Source: Escherichia phage YX22. Taken from it: 64,000 nt of DNA. Made by a program: the position numbers and the translations under genes. Positions 9,445 through 17,981 of the stretch are shown one piece after another. The stretch's first letter is position 1. Every line of letters starts with the position of its first letter. The notes beneath the pieces were generated by a model that did not search any database, had not been told where the DNA came from, and was given only the letters and a program-made list of their open reading frames with translations. The stretch lies in the sequence record OR776998; one strand, written 5' to 3'.

Positions 9445-10130
9445 CACTCGTTCTCCTTCATCATATTGTCGCAGTCAACACGAGTCTGCTGGAGTTCGCG
9501 CGACATGCGGGGATCATCAAGGTTCACGCTCAGATTCGTGGCCAGGTCTTTCAGACCGTTCTGAACCCTGTCTTCAAAGTAATAATCGTTCTCAACCAGC
9601 CAGGCTCTGAGACCGAGAGCGCGAGTACGCCATTCCTTCTTCAGGACGCGATCAGAGGTCTGCGTAGCGCTGTATTCGAATACTTTGATGCACTGGTTGC
9701 CATCGTTGATAAGGTTCAGGTGGCGGCGACCAACCTGCACACCCTTCTGTAATGCCGGAGAAGGGAGCGAACGGCACTGTCTTACGGTCATTCGGCCTTG
9801 GGTGCCCATTCGGCCAGTCATGATCAAATCGCCAGCCTCCATGCCGCCTCGATTAAATTCATCGTCATTGAGGTAGCCCTTGAGGTTATAGGCTCCCTGT
9901 TTGTAACGGTTGAACTCAATTCCGGCATTGACGACAGCAGTGGAGACGTTGCCTGTGTTCCAGAGTTCAGCGAAGTTCTCTATGGAACCAGACTTGTCGA
10001 TGGCAACCGCCTGAGAGAACCCAGCACAATAGGAAAGGTCGGACCACAGTTTATCACCTGTGGAGTTCAGCTTGGCAGCGGCGGGTAATGCCAGACCAGC
10101 CAGCACAACCCCGAGGATTAAACGTTTCAT
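9444..10130 (-). CDS. Putative secreted/periplasmic protein
   Basis: Internal ATG at 10130 gives MKRLILGVVLAGLALPAAA (cleavable signal peptide); 228 aa; 1-nt stop/start overlap with the downstream lipoprotein gene. Confidence 0.5.
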   Translation of the reverse strand: MKRLILGVVLAGLALPAAAKLNSTGDKLWSDLSYCAGFSQAVAIDKSGSIENFAELWNTGNVSTAVVNAGIEFNRYKQGAYNLKGYLNDDEFNRGGMEAGDLIMTGRMGTQGRMTVRQCRSLPSPALQKGVQVGRRHLNLINDGNQCIKVFEYSATQTSDRVLKKEWRTRALGLRAWLVENDYYFEDRVQNGLKDLATNLSVNLDDPRMSRELQQTRVDCDNMMKENE

Positions 10131-10209
10131 GGCGATTCTCCTTATTTCATTGGATGAAATGATAGGCGGCTCACCATAATGAGTAAAGGGATTCAATAAA
10201 CTATCGTAT

Positions 10210-10659
10210 TCAGAAACGGGTGTCGCTGACCGTTCTGTATCGCACACCCTGAAACTGTTTAGCGAGTTTAACAAATTCCATCGCTGGCAAATCAACTTTG
10301 TAGACCTTCATGCGCTGTTTGCCGTCCATGTTCAACGCAGCGACAAATCGGTGAGAACCGTCAACAACGTAATTGTCAGAAGACACCCAAACTCGACCCA
10401 TAGGTTTCTTATTTCTGATCTGCTTCATGATCTTCCAGACCTTCATTTTATTGATTTCGTTCTGGGTAAGACGAAGCATTTTGATGGGCACTTGCACAGC
10501 ATCTATGGACACGCCGTTGTCTTCAAGATATTTGTGAAAATCTTCTTGTTTGTCGGCATCGATTTGTGGCATAGAAGAACGAGAAAGCCCGAGGTTCCCA
10601 ACAGGAATCCTCAGGCCGTTAATGATGTTCAACCAGTCAATAAAAGATGTAAGGAACAT
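10210..10659 (-). CDS. ParB-like nuclease (ParB/Srx N-terminal domain) protein
   Basis: 149 aa; VQVPIKMLRLTQNEIN...YVVDGSHRFVAA resembles the ParB N-terminal domain signature (DGxHR); GAGG 7 nt upstream of ATG. Confidence 0.45.
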   Translation of the reverse strand: MFLTSFIDWLNIINGLRIPVGNLGLSRSSMPQIDADKQEDFHKYLEDNGVSIDAVQVPIKMLRLTQNEINKMKVWKIMKQIRNKKPMGRVWVSSDNYVVDGSHRFVAALNMDGKQRMKVYKVDLPAMEFVKLAKQFQGVRYRTVSDTRF

Positions 10660-10691
10660 GACATACCTCGGGATATAGGGTTATCCCTTAG

Positions 10692-10883
10692 TTAGCGCAT
10701 CCATCGATCCTTTCTCTCTTTCTCCTTGCGTTCGCGACGTTTCTGGTCGGATCGGAATAACCAATAGAAGAAGTTCCCACCCAAGATGAAAACCACCGCG
10801 ATTATTACTAGGACACCCTTCACAATTTCCCAAACCAATTCTTTATCCAAATTATACCTCGTCTTCTTCAGGTCCACCGTCAA
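10692..10883 (-). CDS. Possible small membrane protein (TTG start)
   Basis: 63 aa ORF with hydrophobic helix VLVIIAVVFILGGNFFYWLF and basic tail; first codon is TTG, no SD, overlaps the upstream gene by 32 nt. Confidence 0.25.
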   Translation of the reverse strand: MTVDLKKTRYNLDKELVWEIVKGVLVIIAVVFILGGNFFYWLFRSDQKRRERKEKERKDRWMR

Positions 10884-11139
10884 TCAGGATACGAGCGGCG
10901 TCGAAAGTTTCCCCGCCCGTGTTCAACAGCTTGGTTAGATCATCAAGAGTACCGACAGGACCAAGATCAGCCTGGCGGAGAACGAACTCGAGAAGCCCGT
11001 AGAGCGCTGATTGGAATCGGCTGTTATCGATATCGTTCTTTATTACCATCAGGCGCAAGATGTTCTCTGACTGAGTATGGTCAACACACGCCTTGTCTCT
11101 GATCATCTCCTTGATAGAACTTCTCTCTGATGGTGTCAT
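10852..11139 (-). CDS. Hypothetical protein
   Basis: 95 aa, ATG start forming an ATGA overlap with the stop of the upstream gene. Confidence 0.4.
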   Translation of the reverse strand: MTPSERSSIKEMIRDKACVDHTQSENILRLMVIKNDIDNSRFQSALYGLLEFVLRQADLGPVGTLDDLTKLLNTGGETFDAARILIDGGPEEDEV

Positions 11140-11510
11140 AACGTACCCCCGACAGAGATCAAGAACTCTTCTTGCATGGTCTTGACCGGGTGGTGGTTGC
11201 GGGTTTCGAACATGAAGCCCCAGCCACCGTCGGCGACGTTGCCAAAGGTCTTGACGCCAAAGGACTTCGTCCCGTTAGAGCAGGAATAGATGTCCAGGAC
11301 GTATGGGCTGCCCTGATTGTCGATCCCACGATTCACGTCGTCTGATACGCAGCGCTCAATCATCTTCCCGTTCTTATACAGAACGAGGTCTTGGCCATAC
11401 GCCTTGAAAGCATAAACACCGTTGGTAGACACTCCGGTGATGACAGGAGGGGCGGAAACAGCAGCAAAGGAAGCGCCCAGCAGGGCAACAGCGAGGATTA
11501 ACTTTTTCAT
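11136..11510 (-). CDS. Putative secreted protein
   Basis: Internal ATG at 11510 gives MKKLILAVALLGASFAAVSA (signal peptide) immediately after GAGACTATATC; 124 aa. Confidence 0.5.
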   Translation of the reverse strand: MKKLILAVALLGASFAAVSAPPVITGVSTNGVYAFKAYGQDLVLYKNGKMIERCVSDDVNRGIDNQGSPYVLDIYSCSNGTKSFGVKTFGNVADGGWGFMFETRNHHPVKTMQEEFLISVGGTL

Positions 11511-11569
11511 GATATAGTCTCTTGGTTTCAAATAGACGGGGTAATCATACCCCGCCCAAAGTTATAGAA

Positions 11570-11809
11570 TTAACTGATGTGCTTCAGAAGAGCGAAGAGG
11601 ATCACAGCCTTGGCCTTTACCTTTCCTACGATGCCTGTCTCGACATCAACTTCTTCAGCAACCCAATCTTTTCCCTTCTTGCTGATGATAACGTCACGGC
11701 GCTGTGCGTAGACTTCTTTGGTCGCATACACACGACGGAACCCTTTAGCGCGGAGCAATCCCCAATTGCGATCAATCTCTACTGAAGTTTCGACCATTTT
11801 GTTCTTCAT
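11570..11809 (-). CDS. Hypothetical protein
   Basis: 79 aa ORF, ATG preceded by AGATTATATC. Confidence 0.4.
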   Translation of the reverse strand: MKNKMVETSVEIDRNWGLLRAKGFRRVYATKEVYAQRRDVIISKKGKDWVAEEVDVETGIVGKVKAKAVILFALLKHIS

Positions 11810-11890
11810 GATATAATCTTACCTTTCAACCCGGTGAACCCATCGTTCGCCAGTTATTGAATAATAGGACATTCCTTAGAGGAAGTAAAC

Positions 11891-11927
11891 CCCCTAAAAG
11901 TAAAAATCCCCAACGTTTTGTTGGGGA
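11891..11927 (-). terminator. Rho-independent terminator downstream of the ACP-like gene
   Basis: On the minus strand: stem TCCCCAAC/GTTGGGGA with 5-nt loop followed by TTTTTACTTTT. Confidence 0.6.
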
Positions 11928-11933
11928 CTTCTG

Positions 11934-12257
11934 TTATTTGCGCAGGGCAACCACGAGTTCAGCGAGTTCACCCATGGTCGGGTCATCACCTTTACTACCC
12001 AGCCAACCGTCGTCGATTTCGACCTGAAACTCTTCTTCTAGTTCCATTACGATTTCGATGGCATCCAGTTCGTCACCGCCGAGGTCTTTCTTGGTACGGA
12101 GGCCAGCCAGCTTGTCCAGGGCGTCCTCGTTCTGAGATGCCACGTCGTCCAGCAATTTGCGCTTGTCATCGTCACGCCACAGATCCAAGTTCAGATTGTC
12201 AGTGGCGTACTGAGCCAGATGACGCATGACTTCAACATATGTTGGTTTGCTGCTCAT
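11934..12257 (-). CDS. Acyl carrier protein-like protein with Ser-to-Glu substitution at the phosphopantetheine attachment site
   Basis: 107 aa; C-terminal 55 aa align with E. coli AcpP helix II: phage DLGGDELDAIEIVMELEEEFQVEIDD versus AcpP [26 protein letters not shown]. Codon checked by hand: gac gaa ctg gat = D E L D. SD GGGAGAAG 6 nt upstream of ATG. Confidence 0.65.
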   Translation of the reverse strand: MSSKPTYVEVMRHLAQYATDNLNLDLWRDDDKRKLLDDVASQNEDALDKLAGLRTKKDLGGDELDAIEIVMELEEEFQVEIDDGWLGSKGDDPTMGELAELVVALRK

Positions 12258-12299
12258 GCTACTTCTCCCAAAGAAAGGCGGGTTGCCCCGCCCGTTGGA

Positions 12300-14501
12300 T
12301 TATATTTTGATTTCTTTCTCTGTCAGTTCGGCAGTGACCTTGTACTTCACCCCATCCACTTCAACTTCCATGGTGGACTCTTCCAGGTCGAGGTCGGTGA
12401 ACCAGCCATGGCCAGCAACGATACCATACACCACTTTAGACAGTGTCTTGTTCAGGGCGCGGACTTCGGTGATGGCCGCCTTGGCAGCAGCGTCGATCCA
12501 GTTTTCGATCAGATGTTTCTGTAAGGATTCAGGCACGGCAGTGATCATAGGAGACTTCACGAATGCTTCGTACTCCTTCAGCGCATTGGCGATGAACAAG
12601 TCACCAGCATTGAGTTTCTTGTTCTCGGCAATCTTCTTCTGTACCGCTGCGATAGACGGTAGAGATGAAGCGCCAGCGATCTTCACGTTCAGCTCACGGC
12701 TCATGTAGAAGTCGGTAGACTCTTTGGTCTCAGTCTTCGGTGAGAAGCCGTAATCGCGGATGCCGTAGGAGGACAGGAACTCGGCCGCCTCAGCGCCGTA
12801 CTGTACTGCCAAGCCTTTGGCGTTACCCTTACCAACCAGGGCGTCTCGATAGAACTTCAGCACCTTCTGCTTGCCTTTCAGGGCTTCCAGACGGACATTA
12901 TCCGCAAAGAACTGAGCAGCACTGATGTTCTTGACCATGGCGCGGTTGACCAGCGGTACGCTTTCCAGGTTCAGGACAAACACTTCCGGACCACCAAACA
13001 CGTGGACACCCATTTCGATCAGCTTATGCACGACTTCGATATCAGCCTTGAACGGCAGAGTCTTCACGTTAATGATACCGTCTTTGACGATGGTGTAGTT
13101 GCGCCACTGGAAAGTATCCAGTTCTTCAGGCAGACCGAACTTCTTCTGTGCGAATTCAGGCACAGCCACAGTACCGTGTTGAATTGTACGCACACTGATG
13201 TTCGGGCGCTCGGAGTTATAGACCAAATCGCTGATTGGCACAACACCCAGGTCGTTGGTAGGTTCGAACGTCGGGTTCCACTCTTCGTGTTCTGCCAGCT
13301 TGAGAGCCAGTGCTTTACGCTCTTCTTTGGACTGAGCGTTCGCGATCTGTTCTGCCAGCTTGTCTTCGGTGTCGTCGGTTTTCTGCACAGTACCGCGCCC
13401 GATGCTCTTATAGGAGAACATCGGATGCTTGGTAGCAACAGGCACACCAGCTTCAGCCAGGTACGTCAGCACATCAACGACGGTGGTCGCATCTTCAGCC
13501 GGAACCAGGTCATAGTCAATACCGTCAACGCCGCGCAGCTGGTCGTCAACAATCGCCTGAACCAGATCGTTCTTGATGTTGGAGTAGTCCTGCTTGGTGA
13601 AGCAGTTGCTGTACTGTTTGATGAAGCGAACGTCGCCCGTTTTCTTCAGTGCAGCCCACACCAGGTCCGCGTCCATGATGTGTACGCCGTAGAACGCCAG
13701 CACGTATGCCGCCTGGATGTCCGCCAGCGCATCAAGCTGGTCGATCATGTTAGGGTTTACAACCCACAGCTTGGTGACGCTCTCAGGGATGCTCACATAG
13801 CCGACCGGGTGAGAGTCATCGTCCTGCACCGCCAGTACTGTTGCCACACCGTTTTCGACGTAGATGGCATGGGTGTAGATGACTGGGACATCAACTTTCA
13901 CCTTCGGCACTGATGACTTCAGCACGTTTTCCAGTTCGGTCTGGTATTCGGTCTGACCTTCAGCAAACACGTGGGTCGCACCGGAGCGCTCAGACATCAG
14001 AGCTAGCAGTTCGCGGTTACAGTACCAGCCATATTCGATAAATGTAATGTTATCGAAAGCAAATGGCAGGGTCTCAGCAACCAGTAGAATTTCGTTGGTA
14101 CGCCAGCAGTTGTCATACCCGTCAGTCATGAACGCCAGGTTGTTGACATAGCCAGGTTTCTTCAGGTCACGCGCAGTATCCATCGCCAGTTTCAATGGCT
14201 CAACGAAACCAGTACAGCCGGATGGTTGCAGGAAACGGTCGATCAGTTTGTTCAGCTCGCTCAGGTCAGACGCAGCACTAACCTGGCGGCCAGCGAACAC
14301 AGTACCAAAGTCGCCTTTGGAGGAGAAATACAGAACGCTCACAGTGTCTTCCGGCTTCACCAGGGATGGCAGGTTCTCCTTCAGGTGCTTGCGGACTTCA
14401 GGGAGCGCACGGTACATAGAGCCGGAAATGTCTACAACGATTACATGGTTGGACGGAGCAGCAGTCGCAACCGCATTCTTAAATTCTAATGATTCAATCA
14501 T
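12300..14501 (-). CDS. von Willebrand factor A (vWA/MIDAS) domain protein, 733 aa
   Basis: ATG at 14501 (MIESLEFKNAV...); N-terminal vWA signature VIVVDISGSM (DxSxS MIDAS), G/T-containing loop, FMTDGYDN; roughly 500 aa C-terminal region of unknown fold. Confidence 0.7.
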   Translation of the reverse strand: MIESLEFKNAVATAAPSNHVIVVDISGSMYRALPEVRKHLKENLPSLVKPEDTVSVLYFSSKGDFGTVFAGRQVSAASDLSELNKLIDRFLQPSGCTGFVEPLKLAMDTARDLKKPGYVNNLAFMTDGYDNCWRTNEILLVAETLPFAFDNITFIEYGWYCNRELLALMSERSGATHVFAEGQTEYQTELENVLKSSVPKVKVDVPVIYTHAIYVENGVATVLAVQDDDSHPVGYVSIPESVTKLWVVNPNMIDQLDALADIQAAYVLAFYGVHIMDADLVWAALKKTGDVRFIKQYSNCFTKQDYSNIKNDLVQAIVDDQLRGVDGIDYDLVPAEDATTVVDVLTYLAEAGVPVATKHPMFSYKSIGRGTVQKTDDTEDKLAEQIANAQSKEERKALALKLAEHEEWNPTFEPTNDLGVVPISDLVYNSERPNISVRTIQHGTVAVPEFAQKKFGLPEELDTFQWRNYTIVKDGIINVKTLPFKADIEVVHKLIEMGVHVFGGPEVFVLNLESVPLVNRAMVKNISAAQFFADNVRLEALKGKQKVLKFYRDALVGKGNAKGLAVQYGAEAAEFLSSYGIRDYGFSPKTETKESTDFYMSRELNVKIAGASSLPSIAAVQKKIAENKKLNAGDLFIANALKEYEAFVKSPMITAVPESLQKHLIENWIDAAAKAAITEVRALNKTLSKVVYGIVAGHGWFTDLDLEESTMEVEVDGVKYKVTAELTEKEIKI

Positions 14502-14709
14502 TGTTCTCTTCGCCTTGTGCGTAAGGGTTAAGTTCAGACTCATCAGCGGCTTCGATGCGCGTCTTTACAGAGTCCAGCATATTGTTGATAAACTCACGAG
14601 ACTGCTCCAGCTGAGCCAAGAGCACATCCTTTGGAGCATAGTTCTGAATGCAAGCCGGAATACTTTCAGACGTCGCCTTCAGGTCGGTAAAACATTCTTT
14701 CAGTATCAT
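14494..14709 (-). CDS. Hypothetical small acidic protein
   Basis: 71 aa ORF with ATG start; first gene of the three-gene cassette; its stop lies 2 nt before the vWA start. Confidence 0.4.
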   Translation of the reverse strand: MILKECFTDLKATSESIPACIQNYAPKDVLLAQLEQSREFINNMLDSVKTRIEAADESELNPYAQGEENND

Positions 14710-14774
14710 TTGATCTCACTTAACAGAGACGACGCCCTGTTGGGATTTAAAGCGGTCTTCACAGACATCAGGTT

Positions 14775-14802
14775 TCCCTCAAAACAGGGGAGTCTCCTCC
14801 CC
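14775..14802 (-). terminator. Hairpin terminator immediately downstream of the NAMPT-like gene
   Basis: On the minus strand: GGGGAG-GAGA-CTCCCC stem-loop followed by TGTTTTGAGG; separates the NAD operon from the vWA/ACP-like cassette. Confidence 0.55.
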
Positions 14803-14810
14803 TTCGGTTA

Positions 14811-16475
14811 TCAGATTTGTGAGGCCAGTTCTGTCACCAGAGGAGCGGCACGAACACGCGCATCTTCCAGAGTTTGGGTGTTGAAGAACTCGCCATCACG
14901 ATACACCAATTGGTGCTGGTTGTCGGCGTCTTGCACCTGATCAAAAGTGATACCGTCAACCAACACTAGTTTACCCTGAGGGTCTTTAATGACTTTAAGG
15001 AAACCACGCGCAGACTTTTTAGTCCCGCCTTTATCGGTCTTCGGCTCTTTGAAGATCTCACGGAATTCACCGTTCACTTTACCAGCCGTGGCTTTCACTG
15101 CTGTGCCAGTACTGTCACGGGTGTTCATCTGGTAGGTGTAGGAACCGATACCGAACACCGCGTTGATGGAAGCGAAGTTCCGGTCAGCCAGACGGCTAAA
15201 GATCTGGTCTTCACGCGCCAGGGTGATAGAATCACCGTAGATCAGGCCGATGTGCTCATCCAACAGGAAGTGCCCAGTTTCAGTCTGGGTGCCACCAAAG
15301 ATCTCCCACAGGCGCTGGATAGAGCCGACCGCTTCTGAACGGCTGATGATATTACGGTCATCTGCCATCAGAGAGTTGATCGTGCCTTCGCCTGTGATCA
15401 GGTGATAGGTGTTCGTCTCTTCGATGTGGATAACTTCGGTGCTGCTAGACACGCCGCTGATGTTCAGCGTAGCGCGGTCTTTGAACCCCTCGATGCGGTA
15501 GCCGCCGACGATGTGTACAGGGTCGCCCGAGTCAGGGCGGATCACGACTTTACCATTGCGCGCCATGATAATGTCTTTCAGGCGAGGGAGATAGTCGTCG
15601 ATGACCTGCCAGTAATCCCACGCATCAGACACGATGCTGACGATGCCATCAGGATACACGTCCTGCACCAGGCGGCGGAAGGTTTCGAATTCACCATCCT
15701 TCGTGCCCATACACATCACGGCGTGTTCGGTAGCCGCAACAGAACCAGCAACGACATAATCTTCGTCGATGTCTGCGCCATAATACTCTTCTACGAAGTC
15801 CAGGGCAGGGTTGGTATCGGTGCCTTTGAAGAACACCAGATGACCGGAACCGGAAGACGCGGCATCATGCCACCCGCTCATACCACGAAAGGAGAAGTCG
15901 TGGCCTTGGTAGTCGATGAACCAATGGTCCGGTGATACTCCCGTAGCGAGGGCAGCTTTCACCATCAGTGCCTTGTAATGCAGAGCGATGGTGGCGTTCG
16001 TCATCGGCTTCCAGATCTCAGAGCTGAACACAGTCTCCAGATAGTTGGTCAACCAGTAGAACTCCGGCAGGGTATTGAACATCACATACACCGGAACGCC
16101 ATACGGGCACATGGTGCCTTCAGGCAGCGCACGGACTTCGATAGGCAGGTAGCCGAGGTCATGCAGGGCTTCAATATGCTCTGTGCCGACGCGGCCTGGA
16201 CCCAGGACTTTGTTCATGCGACGGGCATACTTCTTCAGCACCTTGTCCTTCGGGCGCTGGAAGAATGCTTCGTCAAACAGTTCGTGGAACCAGGTCATGA
16301 AGCCCTGGATGCCCCAGACCACCACGCCGTTCTTCGGCAGGTGAGAGTTGAACAGTTTGTTAGAGCGCGGAGTTCCGTTGGAGAACACCAGCTCACTGCC
16401 TTCAGGGAACTGATAGATGTGCCCCGATTTGTAGAAGTCGATCGCATGGATTGGGTCTAAGTGGCGCATGCTCAT
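14811..16475 (-). CDS. Nicotinamide phosphoribosyltransferase family protein (NadV/NAMPT-like; candidate Namat of a NAD+ reconstitution pathway)
   Basis: 554 aa with NAMPT-like length and conserved blocks (FKGTDT, GSYTYQ, GLIYGDSIT); ATG start overlaps the stop of the Prs-like gene (ATGA). Confidence 0.8.
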   Translation of the reverse strand: MSMRHLDPIHAIDFYKSGHIYQFPEGSELVFSNGTPRSNKLFNSHLPKNGVVVWGIQGFMTWFHELFDEAFFQRPKDKVLKKYARRMNKVLGPGRVGTEHIEALHDLGYLPIEVRALPEGTMCPYGVPVYVMFNTLPEFYWLTNYLETVFSSEIWKPMTNATIALHYKALMVKAALATGVSPDHWFIDYQGHDFSFRGMSGWHDAASSGSGHLVFFKGTDTNPALDFVEEYYGADIDEDYVVAGSVAATEHAVMCMGTKDGEFETFRRLVQDVYPDGIVSIVSDAWDYWQVIDDYLPRLKDIIMARNGKVVIRPDSGDPVHIVGGYRIEGFKDRATLNISGVSSSTEVIHIEETNTYHLITGEGTINSLMADDRNIISRSEAVGSIQRLWEIFGGTQTETGHFLLDEHIGLIYGDSITLAREDQIFSRLADRNFASINAVFGIGSYTYQMNTRDSTGTAVKATAGKVNGEFREIFKEPKTDKGGTKKSARGFLKVIKDPQGKLVLVDGITFDQVQDADNQHQLVYRDGEFFNTQTLEDARVRAAPLVTELASQI

Positions 16476-17326
16476 TTTACACGTCCTGTATTTTCAGTTT
16501 TGAAAGGAAGCCCGTCGGCGGTGATGTTCTCCCACCAGACAGTGTCGGCATACACAGCATCATAGATCCCGTCGAAAACAGAGAGACCTTTGCTGAAGAT
16601 GCCATGGGTAACGAAGAGCGTCATGTGCTTAGGCTTGTGCTTCTGAAGCTCTTTGCCTAACTCAACGAACGTGCGCCCACCGTCGCAGATATCATCGACC
16701 ACCACCAGATAGCGGTCTTTGATCAGTTCAGGGTTCGTAATACTCACCCCAATGATCTCACCAGTCTTGGTGTCACGGTTCTTGTGACCGTAGACAACAG
16801 GAACACCGTCCAACGACAGACTGAGGGCTTCGGTCTTCTTAGCCGCGCCGCCGTCAGGGGCTACCAACACAGCGTTGTTCCCACGGATGAACCAGCCCAG
16901 ATACTGACGCACGATGTAATCTTGCGGGACAACATGGACGTTGTTGATCAGAGAAGACACAACATGGCTGTGAGGATCTTTGATCGCCACGCGGTCAAAG
17001 TTCATGCTATTGATGAACTCAGCCGCCCACTTCACAGACAGAGGCTCACCGAAGTCACAATGGCGGTCCTGGCGAGCATACGGGAAGTAAGGGATATACG
17101 CATGGAATGTCGTCAGACGGTCCACGTTACTCAGACCACGAACGGCGTTTACCAGAAGCGCCAGCTCAATGAAGTCGGCTGATGATTTGATGTGAGCATC
17201 AATCACCACGTTCTGAACGTGGCCGATAGGGATACCAGACTTTTGGATCTTAATATGTTCCTCACCACCTGGGAAGGTGAAGTGTTTGTAGAACACATCT
17301 TGGTCGTTCAATTTCAAACGAAACAT
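16472..17326 (-). CDS. Ribose-phosphate pyrophosphokinase (Prs) family protein (candidate Adps of a NAD+ reconstitution pathway)
   Basis: 284 aa; PRPP-binding signature LVVVDDICDGGRTF and Prs-like N-terminal half; translationally coupled to the NAMPT-like gene. Confidence 0.8.
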   Translation of the reverse strand: MFRLKLNDQDVFYKHFTFPGGEEHIKIQKSGIPIGHVQNVVIDAHIKSSADFIELALLVNAVRGLSNVDRLTTFHAYIPYFPYARQDRHCDFGEPLSVKWAAEFINSMNFDRVAIKDPHSHVVSSLINNVHVVPQDYIVRQYLGWFIRGNNAVLVAPDGGAAKKTEALSLSLDGVPVVYGHKNRDTKTGEIIGVSITNPELIKDRYLVVVDDICDGGRTFVELGKELQKHKPKHMTLFVTHGIFSKGLSVFDGIYDAVYADTVWWENITADGLPFKTENTGRVK

Positions 17327-17335
17327 AATGCAGCC

Positions 17336-17668
17336 TCATGGTGTATTGTACAGCCGTATTATACTGTGATACACAAATTGAAACGCCCAGCATTTACGCT
17401 GGACGTTATTGATATTGAAAAGGTTTTGACAAACTCGGGATTTGGAGGAAGCGCCCTTCCATGTCTGACGTTTGTAGTGGGAAGCCATGGCCATCGACCC
17501 GGCGTATTGCGTTTCACCCCTGACTACCACAGCCACAACCAGCTTATGTCGCAACAGGAAGTCCAGACCTGACTTAGACGGGATATCGCCAATGCTCAGT
17601 GGACCACGATTGTACAGGGCATACATGGTGTCAAGCGCCGCCCCGGTAAAGATAATCTCTTTAGACAT
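17336..17668 (-). CDS. Hypothetical protein
   Basis: Internal ATG at 17668 (MSKEIIFTGAALDTMYALYNRG...), 110 aa. Confidence 0.4.
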   Translation of the reverse strand: MSKEIIFTGAALDTMYALYNRGPLSIGDIPSKSGLDFLLRHKLVVAVVVRGETQYAGSMAMASHYKRQTWKGASSKSRVCQNLFNINNVQRKCWAFQFVYHSIIRLYNTP

Positions 17669-17675
17669 GGCGGTC

Positions 17676-17981
17676 TCACTTAAACGAGTCAACGATGGAT
17701 GTAAGAATTTCGGGGGTGGGTTTGGCGTCTTGTGGTTCACGGAAACCCACCTTTGCGATGCGGCCCAAGATATTGTACACTTCGCGCGGAAGGGTGTCTA
17801 CGACCGTGTCCGACATGAACGCCACGTCTTCTTGGATGGCGTTGTATTCGGCCAGTTTAGCCAGTTCTGATCCTACCAGGGACTTCAGCTTTTGCAATGG
17901 GTCGTTGCAATAGTTGAGACGGTTGCAGTTGGTGAGCGCCTGAGTTAGATTCTCAAACGCTTCTTGTATTTCCTTTGACAT
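17676..17981 (-). CDS. Hypothetical protein
   Basis: Internal ATG at 17981 (MSKEIQEAFENL...), 101 aa. Confidence 0.4.
   Translation of the reverse strand: MSKEIQEAFENLTQALTNCNRLNYCNDPLQKLKSLVGSELAKLAEYNAIQEDVAFMSDTVVDTLPREVYNILGRIAKVGFREPQDAKPTPEILTSIVDSFK

Noticed and set aside
9444-10295. N-terminal extensions of track ORFs upstream of internal ATGs (for example 9444-10295, 3411-4034, 7493-8254, 12300-14543)
   Set aside because: Extensions overlap upstream genes or lack an RBS; internal ATGs are preceded by SD-like sequences or promoters and begin recognisable domains or signal peptides.
13002-13913. 303-aa plus-strand ORF
   Set aside because: Antisense to the vWA gene, which has clear domain motifs; typical shadow ORF.
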